Part shown: piece after piece, positions 28,059 through 38,079 of the stretch
Layout: every line of letters starts with the position of its first letter
How positions within the stretch are numbered: position 1 is the stretch's first letter
Virus genome (UHGV): UHGV-1370141
Source of the DNA: a virus
Length of the DNA stretch: 64,000 nucleotides
Strand: one strand, 5' to 3'
Notes under the pieces: generated by a model
What the model was told of the DNA's origin: nothing
Databases searched by the model: none
What the model saw: only the letters and a program-made list of their open reading frames with translations
Program-made: the position numbers and the translations under genes

Positions 28059-28587
28059 CTGGAACCTCAAATGTAAGAACGGCATCGTCACCAATACAGA
28101 AGATTGCATCTTCTTCGTTTGCTAATGCCCGTTCGGTTGTATCAAACAACGTCACCATAAACGCGTTCATCCACGCAGGAGAATCGTCGGCAACGTTAAC
28201 GGAAATGGGATCGTTACCTAAAGTGATATCTGAAGCACGTAAATCCTCGGGTTGTAAGTTCGTTCCGCAGAATTCATTTACAACACTAAGAATGTCACGA
28301 ACGTTGTCTTCAGTACCGTCTAACGAAATCAGAATGGGTTCATACGTTAATACTTCATCTGCGTCGAGTCTGTCGTAGTAAACCACAACAGACGCGCCAT
28401 CCGGTTTTCTGATTTTACTGATTTCGGTAATGGTGTTACGACGCGAAGTTGTTGGGGATGGGTTTGTTACAGTTCCGCTAATACGGATTTCGTTTAGTGT
28501 AAGCTGTAACCCGTTATCATGATTGATTAAAGCGACCACTAGCTCTGCTGAGGTCAGACTCAAATCAGGTACGTATGGTGTGGCCAC
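28024..28587 (-). CDS. hypothetical fibre-associated protein (187 aa), paralog of 18257..18772
   Basis: MATPYVPDLSLTSAELVVALINHD... ; overlaps start of 27597..28058. Confidence 0.5.
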   Translation of the reverse strand: MATPYVPDLSLTSAELVVALINHDNGLQLTLNEIRISGTVTNPSPTTSRRNTITEISKIRKPDGASVVVYYDRLDADEVLTYEPILISLDGTEDNVRDILSVVNEFCGTNLQPEDLRASDITLGNDPISVNVADDSPAWMNAFMVTLFDTTERALANEEDAIFCIGDDAVLTFEVPDGDSTEEDETP

Positions 28588-28713
28588 TTAACCCTCCGAG
28601 ATCAAAAAAAATAAAACACCTACCGCCCATAGAATCGGGCGGTAGGAGACTATTCTGTAGTTAAAAATCAAGAACGATTAGTGATTTTTTTCGGAAGATT
28701 TCGATAGAATTTT

Positions 28714-29088
28714 TTATTCGGTTAATTCTCCACACAACACAACGTCGATACCAAACATCATTCCCACTTCTTGAAGTTTGTTCGCCAGTAAGTGACGATG
28801 ACAAAACTTACCTGCGGGACAATAACACATCAAAACCAAATCATCGTGTCTGAGTAATGACACTAAAACTTCGGCGTTGGTATCTAACAGTCGTTCGAGC
28901 TTATATAAATACTTTATCGTGTACTCACGTTCAGCGACAGTGTCCTTGGCAGAGTTTTTATACGCCATTAAGAAATCCCAGTCTGGGGCGAGTTCCTTTC
29001 TCCCCGATTTGACTGTAATATCCACTGCGTGAAATCCTTTCTGCTTAGCTAACCGCCACTTAGCGAGTTGTAACGTCCAGATACGCAT
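28714..29088 (-). CDS. hypothetical protein (124 aa), possibly DUF488-like
   Basis: ORF; CYCPAGKFCHRH motif. Confidence 0.4.
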   Translation of the reverse strand: MRIWTLQLAKWRLAKQKGFHAVDITVKSGRKELAPDWDFLMAYKNSAKDTVAEREYTIKYLYKLERLLDTNAEVLVSLLRHDDLVLMCYCPAGKFCHRHLLANKLQEVGMMFGIDVVLCGELTE

Positions 29089-29285
29089 TAGGAACGGGTC
29101 TGCGATTCAGCCATCAGCGCACAACTTTTCACAGCCTGTGCATGAAGTTCTGTACCCGGTGTGTAATCCTTTATACAATCCTGATACAATTCGCTTTTCT
29201 TTTCTAAAACACGATTGTCACACTCGGCACTTGCTAGTGCCCCTGCGATAAGGATAAAAACTAGAATCGGCAACCAAATTTTCAT
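29088..29285 (-). CDS. small secreted/membrane protein (65 aa)
   Basis: N-terminal hydrophobic segment; paralog of next small ORF (shared Y-x-x-C ... V-x-x-C pattern). Confidence 0.4.
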   Translation of the reverse strand: MKIWLPILVFILIAGALASAECDNRVLEKKSELYQDCIKDYTPGTELHAQAVKSCALMAESQTRS

Positions 29286-29494
29286 TGCCCACCTCCCATT
29301 CGTTTAGCGTATTCCGTACATGCCATTACTAATTCAGCATAACGTGGGTTATCGACAGTGGTACCTGACATACATTCACGATAAAGGGACTCTTTACGCG
29401 ATTCGTCAGACGTCTTAACGTAGAACATCAGCATCGTTACAATCAGCGCAGTTGAAACAATTGCTGAGATGATATATCCGTCATTTATTTTCAT
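29282..29494 (-). CDS. small membrane protein (70 aa)
   Basis: N-terminal transmembrane segment; paralog of 29088..29285. Confidence 0.4.
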   Translation of the reverse strand: MKINDGYIISAIVSTALIVTMLMFYVKTSDESRKESLYRECMSGTTVDNPRYAELVMACTEYAKRMGGGQ

Positions 29495-30011
29495 CTATAA
29501 AGCACCAAGGTTCTGGATAAAACTCTGTAAGTAAATCAACGTAAAAGCAGTTTAGGTGGGTTAATTTTATAACACAACCCAACAGATCGTGTTCCCTCCA
29601 ATGGTAGATTACCACGGACGTTTCTGATAATCGCTTAACGTTCGTATATCCCGCATCTTTAATCGTACGATAAAATTGACCGAAATCGATTTGACCAGTA
29701 ACGTCCTTGTCGTCTGCGGTGAGATAACGTATTCGTGGAGCCTCGTTATTTACTAACGAAAGAAATTTCTCCACACTTTCAGCATGGATTCGTTCCATAA
29801 GGGATAAATGTGGGAACACTTCTTTACGTAATGCACCACTTGAAATCTTAGCAAAAACCTGACGTTCCGTTAAGCGCATTAACTCGCCTAATCTTTTCAA
29901 GTCTTTGTTATATCCCAAAAAAAGAGCCACTTTCTCGTCATGCGTAATAGGCGGCCATTCGACCGCCTTTGCCCGACGTTGCTTAAACCAACTCGCAAGT
30001 CGCGCTATCAC
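29481..30011 (-). CDS. hypothetical protein (176 aa)
   Basis: ORF. Confidence 0.5.
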   Translation of the reverse strand: MIARLASWFKQRRAKAVEWPPITHDEKVALFLGYNKDLKRLGELMRLTERQVFAKISSGALRKEVFPHLSLMERIHAESVEKFLSLVNNEAPRIRYLTADDKDVTGQIDFGQFYRTIKDAGYTNVKRLSETSVVIYHWREHDLLGCVIKLTHLNCFYVDLLTEFYPEPWCFIDENK

Positions 30012-30013
30012 GT

Positions 30014-30706
30014 TTAGTAATCCTCTTCCTGATTGACTACCGATTGGATACGGGTTGCGACTTCGCTGGTGTCCAGGTCAGTTTCGTCTACCTTATCCAC
30101 GAGTTTCTGTACTTTACGTACATGAGATTCGGTAATATCAAAACGACCACGATCGGCTAACAACAACGTTACCATATCCTTACGCGTAACCATCAGTTCT
30201 TCTTCAGGTAAGTGTAAGGATTTGTCTAACAGACCCGAATGCATGAAGTTTTCCAGTAAGCGTTCTTCTCCCTGGTCGAAATCATAACGTTCGTTAGGTG
30301 CAGCAACGAAAGCGTAACCGAAGTAGTTTTCTTCCGTCTCACGTAGCGACTTGATGATTTTATCACCATGCTGACAGAAATCACTTAACGTGTAGTCGTC
30401 AAGCGTTGCAACGATGGTTTCTGCTTGTACACCATTATCTGTTTCGTACAGATGTGCAACCCAAAGTTTCCAGTTACGCGGTTCGTCAAACAAACCACCG
30501 ATTAACATGTCGGTGGCTGCCATGCGCATACGCGGTGACGTTGTAAACTGGAAACCACGACCTGCATACGGACCGATAGGACGAATAGAGCTACCGACGA
30601 AAGTAATGCGGTTTAGCGCATTTTCAGCAATGGTGTGTGCAGTACGGTTAGCAGCCGCTTTCGGGTTATACTTTTTGTTACGAGGTTTCTTTTGTTTGGT
30701 AGCCAT
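30014..30706 (-). CDS. hypothetical protein (230 aa)
   Basis: ORF. Confidence 0.55.
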   Translation of the reverse strand: MATKQKKPRNKKYNPKAAANRTAHTIAENALNRITFVGSSIRPIGPYAGRGFQFTTSPRMRMAATDMLIGGLFDEPRNWKLWVAHLYETDNGVQAETIVATLDDYTLSDFCQHGDKIIKSLRETEENYFGYAFVAAPNERYDFDQGEERLLENFMHSGLLDKSLHLPEEELMVTRKDMVTLLLADRGRFDITESHVRKVQKLVDKVDETDLDTSEVATRIQSVVNQEEDY

Positions 30707-31188
30707 TATTTATTCTCAACTAATACTGTGTGAAATGCTTTATAAAGAGCTTGACGTGTCTCAATTAACACAGGGCGATTAATCAAGCACATATATCCGA
30801 TTTTCCAAGACCAGTAAGACGTGTCGTCGGTATTTAACCCGTAATCGGGTTCAAGATATACCAAATCCGTGTATGAATCTGGTATATAAAGACGACACAA
30901 ACTAAGATTCCAAAAATTAGGTAAATCCGATTTTGCAAGTTCGGACATAACCTGCATTGGAAGCCAGCTTCCAATGGCATCTGTTGCAAAAACAATGTGC
31001 AGATTTCCAGGCGACTTAGAATACATACCGTGACCTTCACAGCTCCACATTGTCGCCAAGTGCGGATGGTCGTTGATTAGTTTACAAGTATCACGAACAC
31101 CTTTCTCAATGTAACCGTTTTTGATTGCAGACTGAGCACGCTCTTTAAACGACGCCAATCTTTCTGCGTCAACAGAAAATTGAATCAT
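30706..31188 (-). CDS. hypothetical protein (160 aa)
   Basis: ORF. Confidence 0.5.
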   Translation of the reverse strand: MIQFSVDAERLASFKERAQSAIKNGYIEKGVRDTCKLINDHPHLATMWSCEGHGMYSKSPGNLHIVFATDAIGSWLPMQVMSELAKSDLPNFWNLSLCRLYIPDSYTDLVYLEPDYGLNTDDTSYWSWKIGYMCLINRPVLIETRQALYKAFHTVLVENK

Positions 31189-31691
31189 GACGGATTCTTC
31201 CCTAAAATTATCTCGCGCATTTCCAGGTAGGTGTCAAACGGCACCACGGTGTCTTTGTAACGCAACGTTACGTAGGTTACGAAATGCTGGGGTGCCAGGA
31301 AAGCACGTTTTGGCGACCCGTCGTGGTTGTAATACTGTTTCGGACGATAGTTGTTGAAAATGTCTTCACGCGGGAACAACGATTTCTGAATAACCACTTC
31401 CCAGCGATGCGGCGTTTCCAAAAGCGCGATACGGTTCAGTATGTCATCTACCCAACGTTCCTTATTTTCAGTTAACACGAAACTCACGTGATGGTGTTGG
31501 ACTTCTGCTAATGCGATTTCGGGTTCTTTATCCAGTTTCAACAATACCGCAAACAGAGGACGATAATCAGAATCGTACAGGTCACGGAAAGCGGTTTTCT
31601 CACGCTGTTTAAACAACTCAACAATTTCTTTAGATTCGAAGCAATTCATTTTGAAATCCCCAATTCGTAAGTAACCAAATCGAACAAACAC
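31185..31691 (-). CDS. hypothetical protein (168 aa)
   Basis: ORF. Confidence 0.5.
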   Translation of the reverse strand: MFVRFGYLRIGDFKMNCFESKEIVELFKQREKTAFRDLYDSDYRPLFAVLLKLDKEPEIALAEVQHHHVSFVLTENKERWVDDILNRIALLETPHRWEVVIQKSLFPREDIFNNYRPKQYYNHDGSPKRAFLAPQHFVTYVTLRYKDTVVPFDTYLEMREIILGKNPS

Positions 31692-32041
31692 ATTTCCAGC
31701 ATCGCTTGATACAACGTGTGTTCCCCATTACCCACAAAACCGTTGGTCAACATTTTATACGTATCTGCCCCAAACATCGTCTTTATGTCTATAGGACGTT
31801 TTTCGATAATACGTAATAGCGATATTTCCATTACAATCCAATAAGCAGGCTCAACCCTAATTCTAAATAACGGATTGATTTTACTTATTGTTTTATCCCA
31901 AATCCTAAACCAGCGAACCCATTCTGTGCTATTCTGGGGTTTACGCAATCTAAGACGCGTATACGGTGAGTTGTTATATTGGTCAATAAATGTCTCAATG
32001 ACATCAGCTTTTCTTGACATTATACCTAATATTGCGGTCAT
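31646..32041 (-). CDS. hypothetical protein (131 aa)
   Basis: ORF. Confidence 0.45.
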   Translation of the reverse strand: MTAILGIMSRKADVIETFIDQYNNSPYTRLRLRKPQNSTEWVRWFRIWDKTISKINPLFRIRVEPAYWIVMEISLLRIIEKRPIDIKTMFGADTYKMLTNGFVGNGEHTLYQAMLEMCLFDLVTYELGISK

Positions 32042-32087
32042 CTCTATATTCTCCTAATCATTAAAATAGCCGCAGTTGTAAAAAAGA

Positions 32088-32609
32088 CTACGGGTTAAAA
32101 GGTAGCGGTTTGCAATCCCGCTTTTTCAACTCTTCTACTAACTCAGGTAATGTACACCAACGTTTAAATTTGTTGTTGGCTTTAAAGTGACTAAGAATTT
32201 CCTCTACGCGTTCAATAGACCACTTCCCTTTACCCACGTTATCTAAATCTTTACGTACCGAGAGCGTCTCAATGGTAAACGCTAATTCTGAAGTGTCCGA
32301 GTGGTCGTACAGCAGTCTTACTGGTGTAGATTGGTGTAGCGTAACACGCCACCCTGACTCTTTAGCCCAGTAGACGTCTTTAATTCGACCACTGACATCA
32401 ATTACGGAACTGATATAGCACCACTCCTTTTCTAGTTTGTTCTCTTCAGCAGTTAATGCTTCTTCTAATCTTAAAGAATTAGGGGACGGAATCCACCAAC
32501 CGTACTTACCGTAATAATCGTCTATTACAGTAATACCTTCGTAATACAGATATTGAGTTTTTGTATTAACGAATATTTCATCGCCAATTAAGACAGCGTT
32601 TATCTTCAT
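32088..32609 (-). CDS. hypothetical protein (173 aa)
   Basis: ORF. Confidence 0.5.
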   Translation of the reverse strand: MKINAVLIGDEIFVNTKTQYLYYEGITVIDDYYGKYGWWIPSPNSLRLEEALTAEENKLEKEWCYISSVIDVSGRIKDVYWAKESGWRVTLHQSTPVRLLYDHSDTSELAFTIETLSVRKDLDNVGKGKWSIERVEEILSHFKANNKFKRWCTLPELVEELKKRDCKPLPFNP

Positions 32610-33094
32610 CGTAAGTGCTTCCTGTAAAATAAGTCATACGCCTCCGATGTGGCGGTATCAATAGATCCTACTAAGGGAATAATATTCTTTTCGCTTATAC
32701 CTGATGCCCAGGCCGCACGAGCAAAACCTTGACCCGAACCCGTTGCCCAAACCGTGTTTTTATTCAGTACACGGGATTCAAATTTACCCTCTAGCAGCCC
32801 GAGCCAGTGTGTTTCCTCAGCTGTGTAAATGATAATCTGATCGTAAAACTGTTCTTTTTCAATAAGATCTTTAAATAACCCTTCGATCTTGGCTCGCTTT
32901 TCTTCAATCAAATATTTTTCTGCTGCGACCATTATCGTCTTTTTCCAGAGATCCGAGTCCAATACGCGTTCCCCAGTATAAACAACGAATTTGTTTTTGT
33001 ACTTGTGTAATTTAGGTGCCGCTTTAACTGTACCGCCGTAGTCAACCAACCGATCGGCTAAAATGTAATCGTTTGTTACTAAAACTGTTGTCAT
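32606..33094 (-). CDS. HslV/proteasome beta-like Ntn-hydrolase candidate (162 aa from MTT start)
   Basis: Starts MTTVLVTNDY (HslV begins MTTIVSV); later ATGSGQGFARAAWASG resembles HslV GSGGPYAQAAARAL; longer ORF start at 33208 rejected because it runs through a terminator hairpin. Confidence 0.4.
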   Translation of the reverse strand: MTTVLVTNDYILADRLVDYGGTVKAAPKLHKYKNKFVVYTGERVLDSDLWKKTIMVAAEKYLIEEKRAKIEGLFKDLIEKEQFYDQIIIYTAEETHWLGLLEGKFESRVLNKNTVWATGSGQGFARAAWASGISEKNIIPLVGSIDTATSEAYDLFYRKHLR

Positions 33095-33121
33095 CACACA
33101 CCTCGAAGAAAAATAAAAGTA

Positions 33122-33145
33122 CCCTCTCTCCAAACGGAGAGAGGG
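33122..33145 (-). terminator. stem-loop terminator (identical copy at 33909..33932)
   Basis: ccctctctcc aaac ggagagaggg perfect inverted repeat. Confidence 0.6.
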
Positions 33146-33152
33146 GCACTGC

Positions 33153-33422
33153 TTAAATCTTACGACTGCTACCGTAGCAGCCACGACCTGCTGTCGTTTT
33201 CGCAGCACTGACAGGTGCTAACGCAGCCATCGTACCATCGGCCTTAACAATGTGTAAATTACCTGCGCGAACCAGACCTTTAAAGGTAATCTTCACACCT
33301 TTGCGTAAACTCTTCACTTCATACCCGTCGAGTTTGAGTGTTTTAACTTTTTCAGGTTTACCTTCTTCGTAATAGGAAAGAACATTACCCGCACGTTTCT
33401 CAACAATGTAAATCTTAGCCAT
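33153..33422 (-). CDS. hypothetical protein (89 aa)
   Basis: ORF ending just before hairpin. Confidence 0.4.
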   Translation of the reverse strand: MAKIYIVEKRAGNVLSYYEEGKPEKVKTLKLDGYEVKSLRKGVKITFKGLVRAGNLHIVKADGTMAALAPVSAAKTTAGRGCYGSSRKI

Positions 33423-33523
33423 TTTAGATTACTCCATTTAGTTAAGTGAGAATTCTCACATAGATGAAATATATCTTAAATTTTTTAGACCGTTAACAAC
33501 ACAATGCTGAAGCCATATCGAAA

Positions 33524-33856
33524 TTAGTGTGGCTCGGGTTCGACATAAATTTCCCCAAACACGTATGCGGTTCCGGCTTCATTTGTCGGTTTAGCAACAC
33601 ACCACATCCATTCTTTAGTTTCTTGGTTTTGCCAGGACAACAAAAGAACACCGTCACAAATTTCAGAAGTATCCACTTCTGGATGATACAACATAAATTC
33701 GTTGTCATTATCATCCATTACAACAAACTGCCCTTCTTCGATTCTTTCGAATTTCGCGACGCCTACCGCAATCGCGGGCTCCTCAACAGTAAACGACACG
33801 TCACGTTTTGGCAAATCACGGTGAATAGCACTTAACCACATCAGATTGTTCCTCAA
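33524..33856 (-). CDS. hypothetical protein (110 aa)
   Basis: ORF. Confidence 0.45.
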   Translation of the reverse strand: MRNNLMWLSAIHRDLPKRDVSFTVEEPAIAVGVAKFERIEEGQFVVMDDNDNEFMLYHPEVDTSEICDGVLLLSWQNQETKEWMWCVAKPTNEAGTAYVFGEIYVEPEPH

Positions 33857-33908
33857 TTAATTTTGTTTACTTGTGCATAACTACGGCTATACGCGTAAAA
33901 TAAATACA

Positions 33909-33932
33909 CCCTCTCTCCAAACGGAGAGAGGG
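33909..33932 (-). terminator. stem-loop terminator (second copy)
   Basis: 28 nt identical to 33121..33148. Confidence 0.6.
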
Positions 33933-33937
33933 GCAGC

Positions 33938-34444
33938 TTACAGCAGATTCTCTTCGCGATCATCTACCAAGATAGACGTAATAACATAACGCGCTAAGCG
34001 ACTACGCGCTTCTTCAGTTTCTTCGTCGGACGGTAATTGCTCACCTGCTGGCGCACACAGCGTCAGTCCTGATTCACGAAGCTGTTCCGTGTATTCTTCT
34101 ACGGCAGTTTCAAACGTACCACGAATACCTGCGACAGTGTCCATAATCTCATCAGTTGGGATAATGGATTCTTTCAACACAGCATGGGCATCAGTAGGTT
34201 CGACGGAGTCTAAGTTCAGTTCGACCAGCAACGCTTTCTTCGCCAGACAGTCAGTGATAAAACACGACAGAACTTTTTCAAACTCATCTAAACTGAATTC
34301 GGTGTCGTCAGAGGCACCGGTGATGAGCTGACCGTAACGGTTAAACAGCTCTTTACAACGTGTTTCATAATCAGCATCGATATCACGAACACCGAGGTCG
34401 AAATCGTGTTGTTCGAGCTGATTAAAATCCAGAGTCTCACTCAT
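33938..34444 (-). CDS. acidic hypothetical protein (168 aa)
   Basis: ORF. Confidence 0.5.
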   Translation of the reverse strand: MSETLDFNQLEQHDFDLGVRDIDADYETRCKELFNRYGQLITGASDDTEFSLDEFEKVLSCFITDCLAKKALLVELNLDSVEPTDAHAVLKESIIPTDEIMDTVAGIRGTFETAVEEYTEQLRESGLTLCAPAGEQLPSDEETEEARSRLARYVITSILVDDREENLL

Positions 34445-34483
34445 TATTAAAGTCTCCAGTTAAGAGGTCATATTACCTGCTGA

Positions 34484-34711
34484 CTAGAGGGCCAGCGTTA
34501 ACCCCGTGTGGGTTTGTACTGAACCAACACCGTCACGCGCTTTCGCTTTTGCGATAAGTTTGTCAATCACACGTTGGTGACTGCGCGTAATAACTTTACC
34601 CGGATAACCGATAATGAGCGCATTTTCGCTGTTGATTACCGCCGAGAATTCGTTATCACCTGCGACGTAAACAATCTGTTTGTTTTTGGTTACAATACGT
34701 TTAATTTCCAT
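34484..34711 (-). CDS. hypothetical protein (75 aa)
   Basis: ORF. Confidence 0.4.
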   Translation of the reverse strand: MEIKRIVTKNKQIVYVAGDNEFSAVINSENALIIGYPGKVITRSHQRVIDKLIAKAKARDGVGSVQTHTGLTLAL

Positions 34712-34720
34712 TCATCATCC

Positions 34721-35494
34721 TTAAAAGATAAAGTGGCCTGTTAATGGTTCTACCTCAACTCCGCCCATAGACGGTGGAGCTGTGTATGGAAACGTGAGGC
34801 GTACAGTTGCGCCTTTCAGATAAGCAATACGGAAATACGTGGTTAGTAGTGCGTTTCCGTAAGTACAGTCGTTATAGAAAAAACCTTCGGTGGCAAACGT
34901 CTTTTCGTTGATTTTCGAATAGACTAAGATACCTTCAACCTTACCATCTTTACGACAACACAACCCTTCTGCTGCACCTACGGCTAACAACCCTAAACAG
35001 TGCGTGTCCAGGTTGACATTAACAACCTTAGGAATCGTAAACGTCTCTTCCAACGTTAGGGATTCAACGTCGAACACGTCAGGTAAGTCAGTGCGTACTT
35101 CCGGCTTTTCAGTAATCGTAAGGTCATAATCGATAGACGTTGGTTGCATACCTAAAAACGACATTAACTGATCACGACGTTTTAGGTCGTTAGCAGGGTA
35201 CGTGACATCGAACATCTTCACGTTTAACAGACGTTTGAGTTGGGCGAAGTTGATGTTCTTCTTCGCAAACACAACGATTGCGGACATATAGAAAATCTTA
35301 CCGTCTGCACGCCCTGAAAAGATGCCCTGTAACTGGTTAGTATTCGAAAGGATGATAAAGGTAGGGTCTTCAGATTCCCGAATGATTTCTTTTTCCATTA
35401 ACCCTTTGCGTACACGGGTTAACGAAACCATTTTACCTTCTACACCAATCGCTAAATGATCATTACGATAATCGTGGATATCCACTATACGCAT
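34721..35494 (-). CDS. hypothetical protein (257 aa)
   Basis: ORF. Confidence 0.5.
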   Translation of the reverse strand: MRIVDIHDYRNDHLAIGVEGKMVSLTRVRKGLMEKEIIRESEDPTFIILSNTNQLQGIFSGRADGKIFYMSAIVVFAKKNINFAQLKRLLNVKMFDVTYPANDLKRRDQLMSFLGMQPTSIDYDLTITEKPEVRTDLPDVFDVESLTLEETFTIPKVVNVNLDTHCLGLLAVGAAEGLCCRKDGKVEGILVYSKINEKTFATEGFFYNDCTYGNALLTTYFRIAYLKGATVRLTFPYTAPPSMGGVEVEPLTGHFIF

Positions 35495-36309
35495 TAGAGC
35501 ACTCCTAACAATTCCGTTACCGTTTTACGAGCAGCACCTGACGCACCCATGTAACGCCCTACTTCTACAGAACGCCATTCGAACCCGTAATAAATCTCAC
35601 GCGTTAGTAACGTATCTGCATTGGACAACACAACGCTATTCCCCTTCTCAACCTGCTTAAACAGCGCTCTGGCGAGTTCCCGATGGTCAGCCTGGGAAAA
35701 CTCTTTCCGATGGTATTGCGCGTGTTTAGCGGTCTCTGAAAGCGGTATATAAGGTGGGTCCGCGTAAATCACGCTGTCTTCCGGTGTACGCTCTAAAACT
35801 GTTCGGAAATCTTCACAAACAATTTCTAAGTATTCCGGCTCTTGACAACGTTTAGCCCAACCACGAATTTCGTCTAACGGGTAATACACACCGTTAGGAT
35901 AGCGGCCGAATGGAACGTTAAAGCCACCACTGCCATTGTAACGACACATCCCGTTAAAACCGTGACGCATTAAATACAAGAACATCGCTGCCCGGTCTAA
36001 CGGAGCCATATCCGTTTCACGATTAAACAGTTCTCGTCTCTCCATATACTTAATACAATCGTTACCGTCTTCGAATAGCGGTTTCGACTTTAAGATAAGT
36101 TCTTCAGGTTGGTCTTTCGCCACGTTCAGCAACTGTATTAAATCGGGGTTAGAGTCAGCAAGAATGTAACGTTTATAACGTGTGTTCAAAAACACCGACC
36201 CTGCACCAACAAACGGTTCAACGAAAGTGGTACGTTCAGGTAAGACTTGTAGTAAGGTGTCGATAATCCGCGATTTGCCACCCATCCACTTTATAATTGG
36301 TTTATGCAT
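35494..36309 (-). CDS. dam: DNA adenine methyltransferase, Dam family (271 aa)
   Basis: N-terminal KWMGGK motif and catalytic DPPY motif. Confidence 0.8.
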   Translation of the reverse strand: MHKPIIKWMGGKSRIIDTLLQVLPERTTFVEPFVGAGSVFLNTRYKRYILADSNPDLIQLLNVAKDQPEELILKSKPLFEDGNDCIKYMERRELFNRETDMAPLDRAAMFLYLMRHGFNGMCRYNGSGGFNVPFGRYPNGVYYPLDEIRGWAKRCQEPEYLEIVCEDFRTVLERTPEDSVIYADPPYIPLSETAKHAQYHRKEFSQADHRELARALFKQVEKGNSVVLSNADTLLTREIYYGFEWRSVEVGRYMGASGAARKTVTELLGVL

Positions 36310-37288
36310 TAATTCCGCCTTGTAACGATGACATTTCGTCGCCTAACACTAACTCGACGCGGTTTTTCCGACGCTCCCAACTGACGACATCGTCGTCGCG
36401 CACTAAAACAAATTCGTACTCGTAGGGACGGAATTTAAACAAATCTACAGCCAGATGTCTAAATGCTGGGTTGTTATTGTAACACCCTATTTCTAATGGT
36501 GCCGCTGTTGTCGATGCAATCTGTAAAGCACGATACAGCAACGCACGCCCAATCCCACGGCCCCGGTGTGATTCACTTACCGCAATGGCTTTTAGTTCGC
36601 ATTCGCTAAGATTACGTGATTTAACTTGCACCACACCCACAACGTCATTACCTTCCATCCAAACGTAAGTGTAGTGATTGATGTGTCGCACTAACTCCAC
36701 CAATGTTTCAACTTGCGGCATTATTTGTCGAGAACGCGTTACAGGGTCAGCATTGATGTTTTCAACGATGCTAGTGCCAAACAACATCATGAGCTGTTCA
36801 CGTTGTGCTCCGGTTAAGTCTTTATAGAAGTCGCCGGAGACGTTCTTCACGTTCGTCGGTAAAGTGACATCCGATAGCGTACGTGTACCTAAACGATATG
36901 CTGTGTGGGTGTGTCTAAACCCTAAATCGTTAAGCTCAGCAATTTCTTCCACACCTCTGGCAATTCGGTTAAGGTACGTAAAACCCGTATAGTCAAGTAC
37001 CAATAGAAGACTCAGTTTGTTCAAACACCCTGGTACAATTTCGTGCATATACAAGCAGTGTAACGTTGGATCACCGTAAATGTGTTTTGTGATGATAAAC
37101 CCTTGGATTGTTTTTCCTTTTTGTAAAGAGAACGTATTCAGCTCGGTATTACACAGTGCCTCACGAATCACCGCACCGTTAGGGCCCGTTAAACATGCCT
37201 GAAGTTGAGGATTACGAATATCTCTACGGGCTAAGCGTCCTACTGTCAAATCAGAAGAGGTTCTTTCTATCGTTTTACGATATACCAT
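36302..37288 (-). CDS. GNAT-family acetyltransferase domain protein (328 aa)
   Basis: HRGRGIGRALL acetyl-CoA binding motif in C-terminal part. Confidence 0.55.
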   Translation of the reverse strand: MVYRKTIERTSSDLTVGRLARRDIRNPQLQACLTGPNGAVIREALCNTELNTFSLQKGKTIQGFIITKHIYGDPTLHCLYMHEIVPGCLNKLSLLLVLDYTGFTYLNRIARGVEEIAELNDLGFRHTHTAYRLGTRTLSDVTLPTNVKNVSGDFYKDLTGAQREQLMMLFGTSIVENINADPVTRSRQIMPQVETLVELVRHINHYTYVWMEGNDVVGVVQVKSRNLSECELKAIAVSESHRGRGIGRALLYRALQIASTTAAPLEIGCYNNNPAFRHLAVDLFKFRPYEYEFVLVRDDDVVSWERRKNRVELVLGDEMSSLQGGINA

Positions 37289-37374
37289 TTTAATACTCCT
37301 TATCGGCTTTCCTCACAACAAAAGAAAAAGTTGTAAAAAGAAAAAGGGAGCCGAAGCTCCCTGTTTGTTACAAA

Positions 37375-38058
37375 CTACCAAAGCTTAGAACTAGTGAATG
37401 CTGCACTAGAATCTGGAACCTTGCCTCTTAATTTATCGCGCAGAAGTTCAAAGAACATGCGATGATAAGCGTAATATTTTTCCAACCGTTGGTATTCGAT
37501 CAGGTTTTCTAACGCCGGATGAAAGCGAAGATGTTTGTTAGGACTGGTAAGGGAAAACGGAACGACTTCTTCATTAAGCAAGATAGGATACTTAACACTA
37601 TCGCCCATTTCAGCATACAACATTTTGGTGTCGAAAACGAAATAAGCCGTTGGGTGAAAGCCTAACCACGTTGAAGCCTCAACAAAGAAGTCAGTCAATT
37701 TACTAGCAATCTGGCTGATCATCTTATCGTCTGATTTAAACATCAAGCGCAGGAAAATCTCGCTAATGACTGAACCCGTAAGCAGTTTTTCTTTGTGGAT
37801 ACCTGGAACGACTGCCAGTATCTCGTCGTCGAGTCGACAGACAAGCGTGTACAGATCGAATACCGGGTAATGGTAAATATCGATCGTTAAACTCGCGCGT
37901 GGAGTGTAACTTAAGATTTTATCCCCGTGTATTTCTGTGGCAGGCGGCATAAGCGCAAGCTTCTTGCTAGGCTCAGTCTGCTTAACTTCTGCTTCCTTAG
38001 TTTCAATCGGTTTTTCTACAGTTTCTTTAACTTCGGTTTTCTTAGTTCTCGGTGCCAT
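37375..38058 (-). CDS. hypothetical protein (227 aa)
   Basis: ORF, terminator hairpin 37353..37370 downstream. Confidence 0.5.
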   Translation of the reverse strand: MAPRTKKTEVKETVEKPIETKEAEVKQTEPSKKLALMPPATEIHGDKILSYTPRASLTIDIYHYPVFDLYTLVCRLDDEILAVVPGIHKEKLLTGSVISEIFLRLMFKSDDKMISQIASKLTDFFVEASTWLGFHPTAYFVFDTKMLYAEMGDSVKYPILLNEEVVPFSLTSPNKHLRFHPALENLIEYQRLEKYYAYHRMFFELLRDKLRGKVPDSSAAFTSSKLW

Positions 38059-38079
38059 GATAATACTCCTTTAGGTTGA

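Noticed and set aside
28059-28109. Upstream start (MQSSVLVTMPF...) for the anchor-domain gene
   Set aside because: The two other anchor-domain proteins begin exactly at the conserved MA..KK.R.HEL segment, so the start at 28058 is preferred
33095-33208. N-terminal extension of the HslV-like ORF to 33208
   Set aside because: Extension overlaps the terminator hairpin 33122..33145 and the upstream gene 33153..33422; MTT start at 33094 is consistent with an N-terminal threonine
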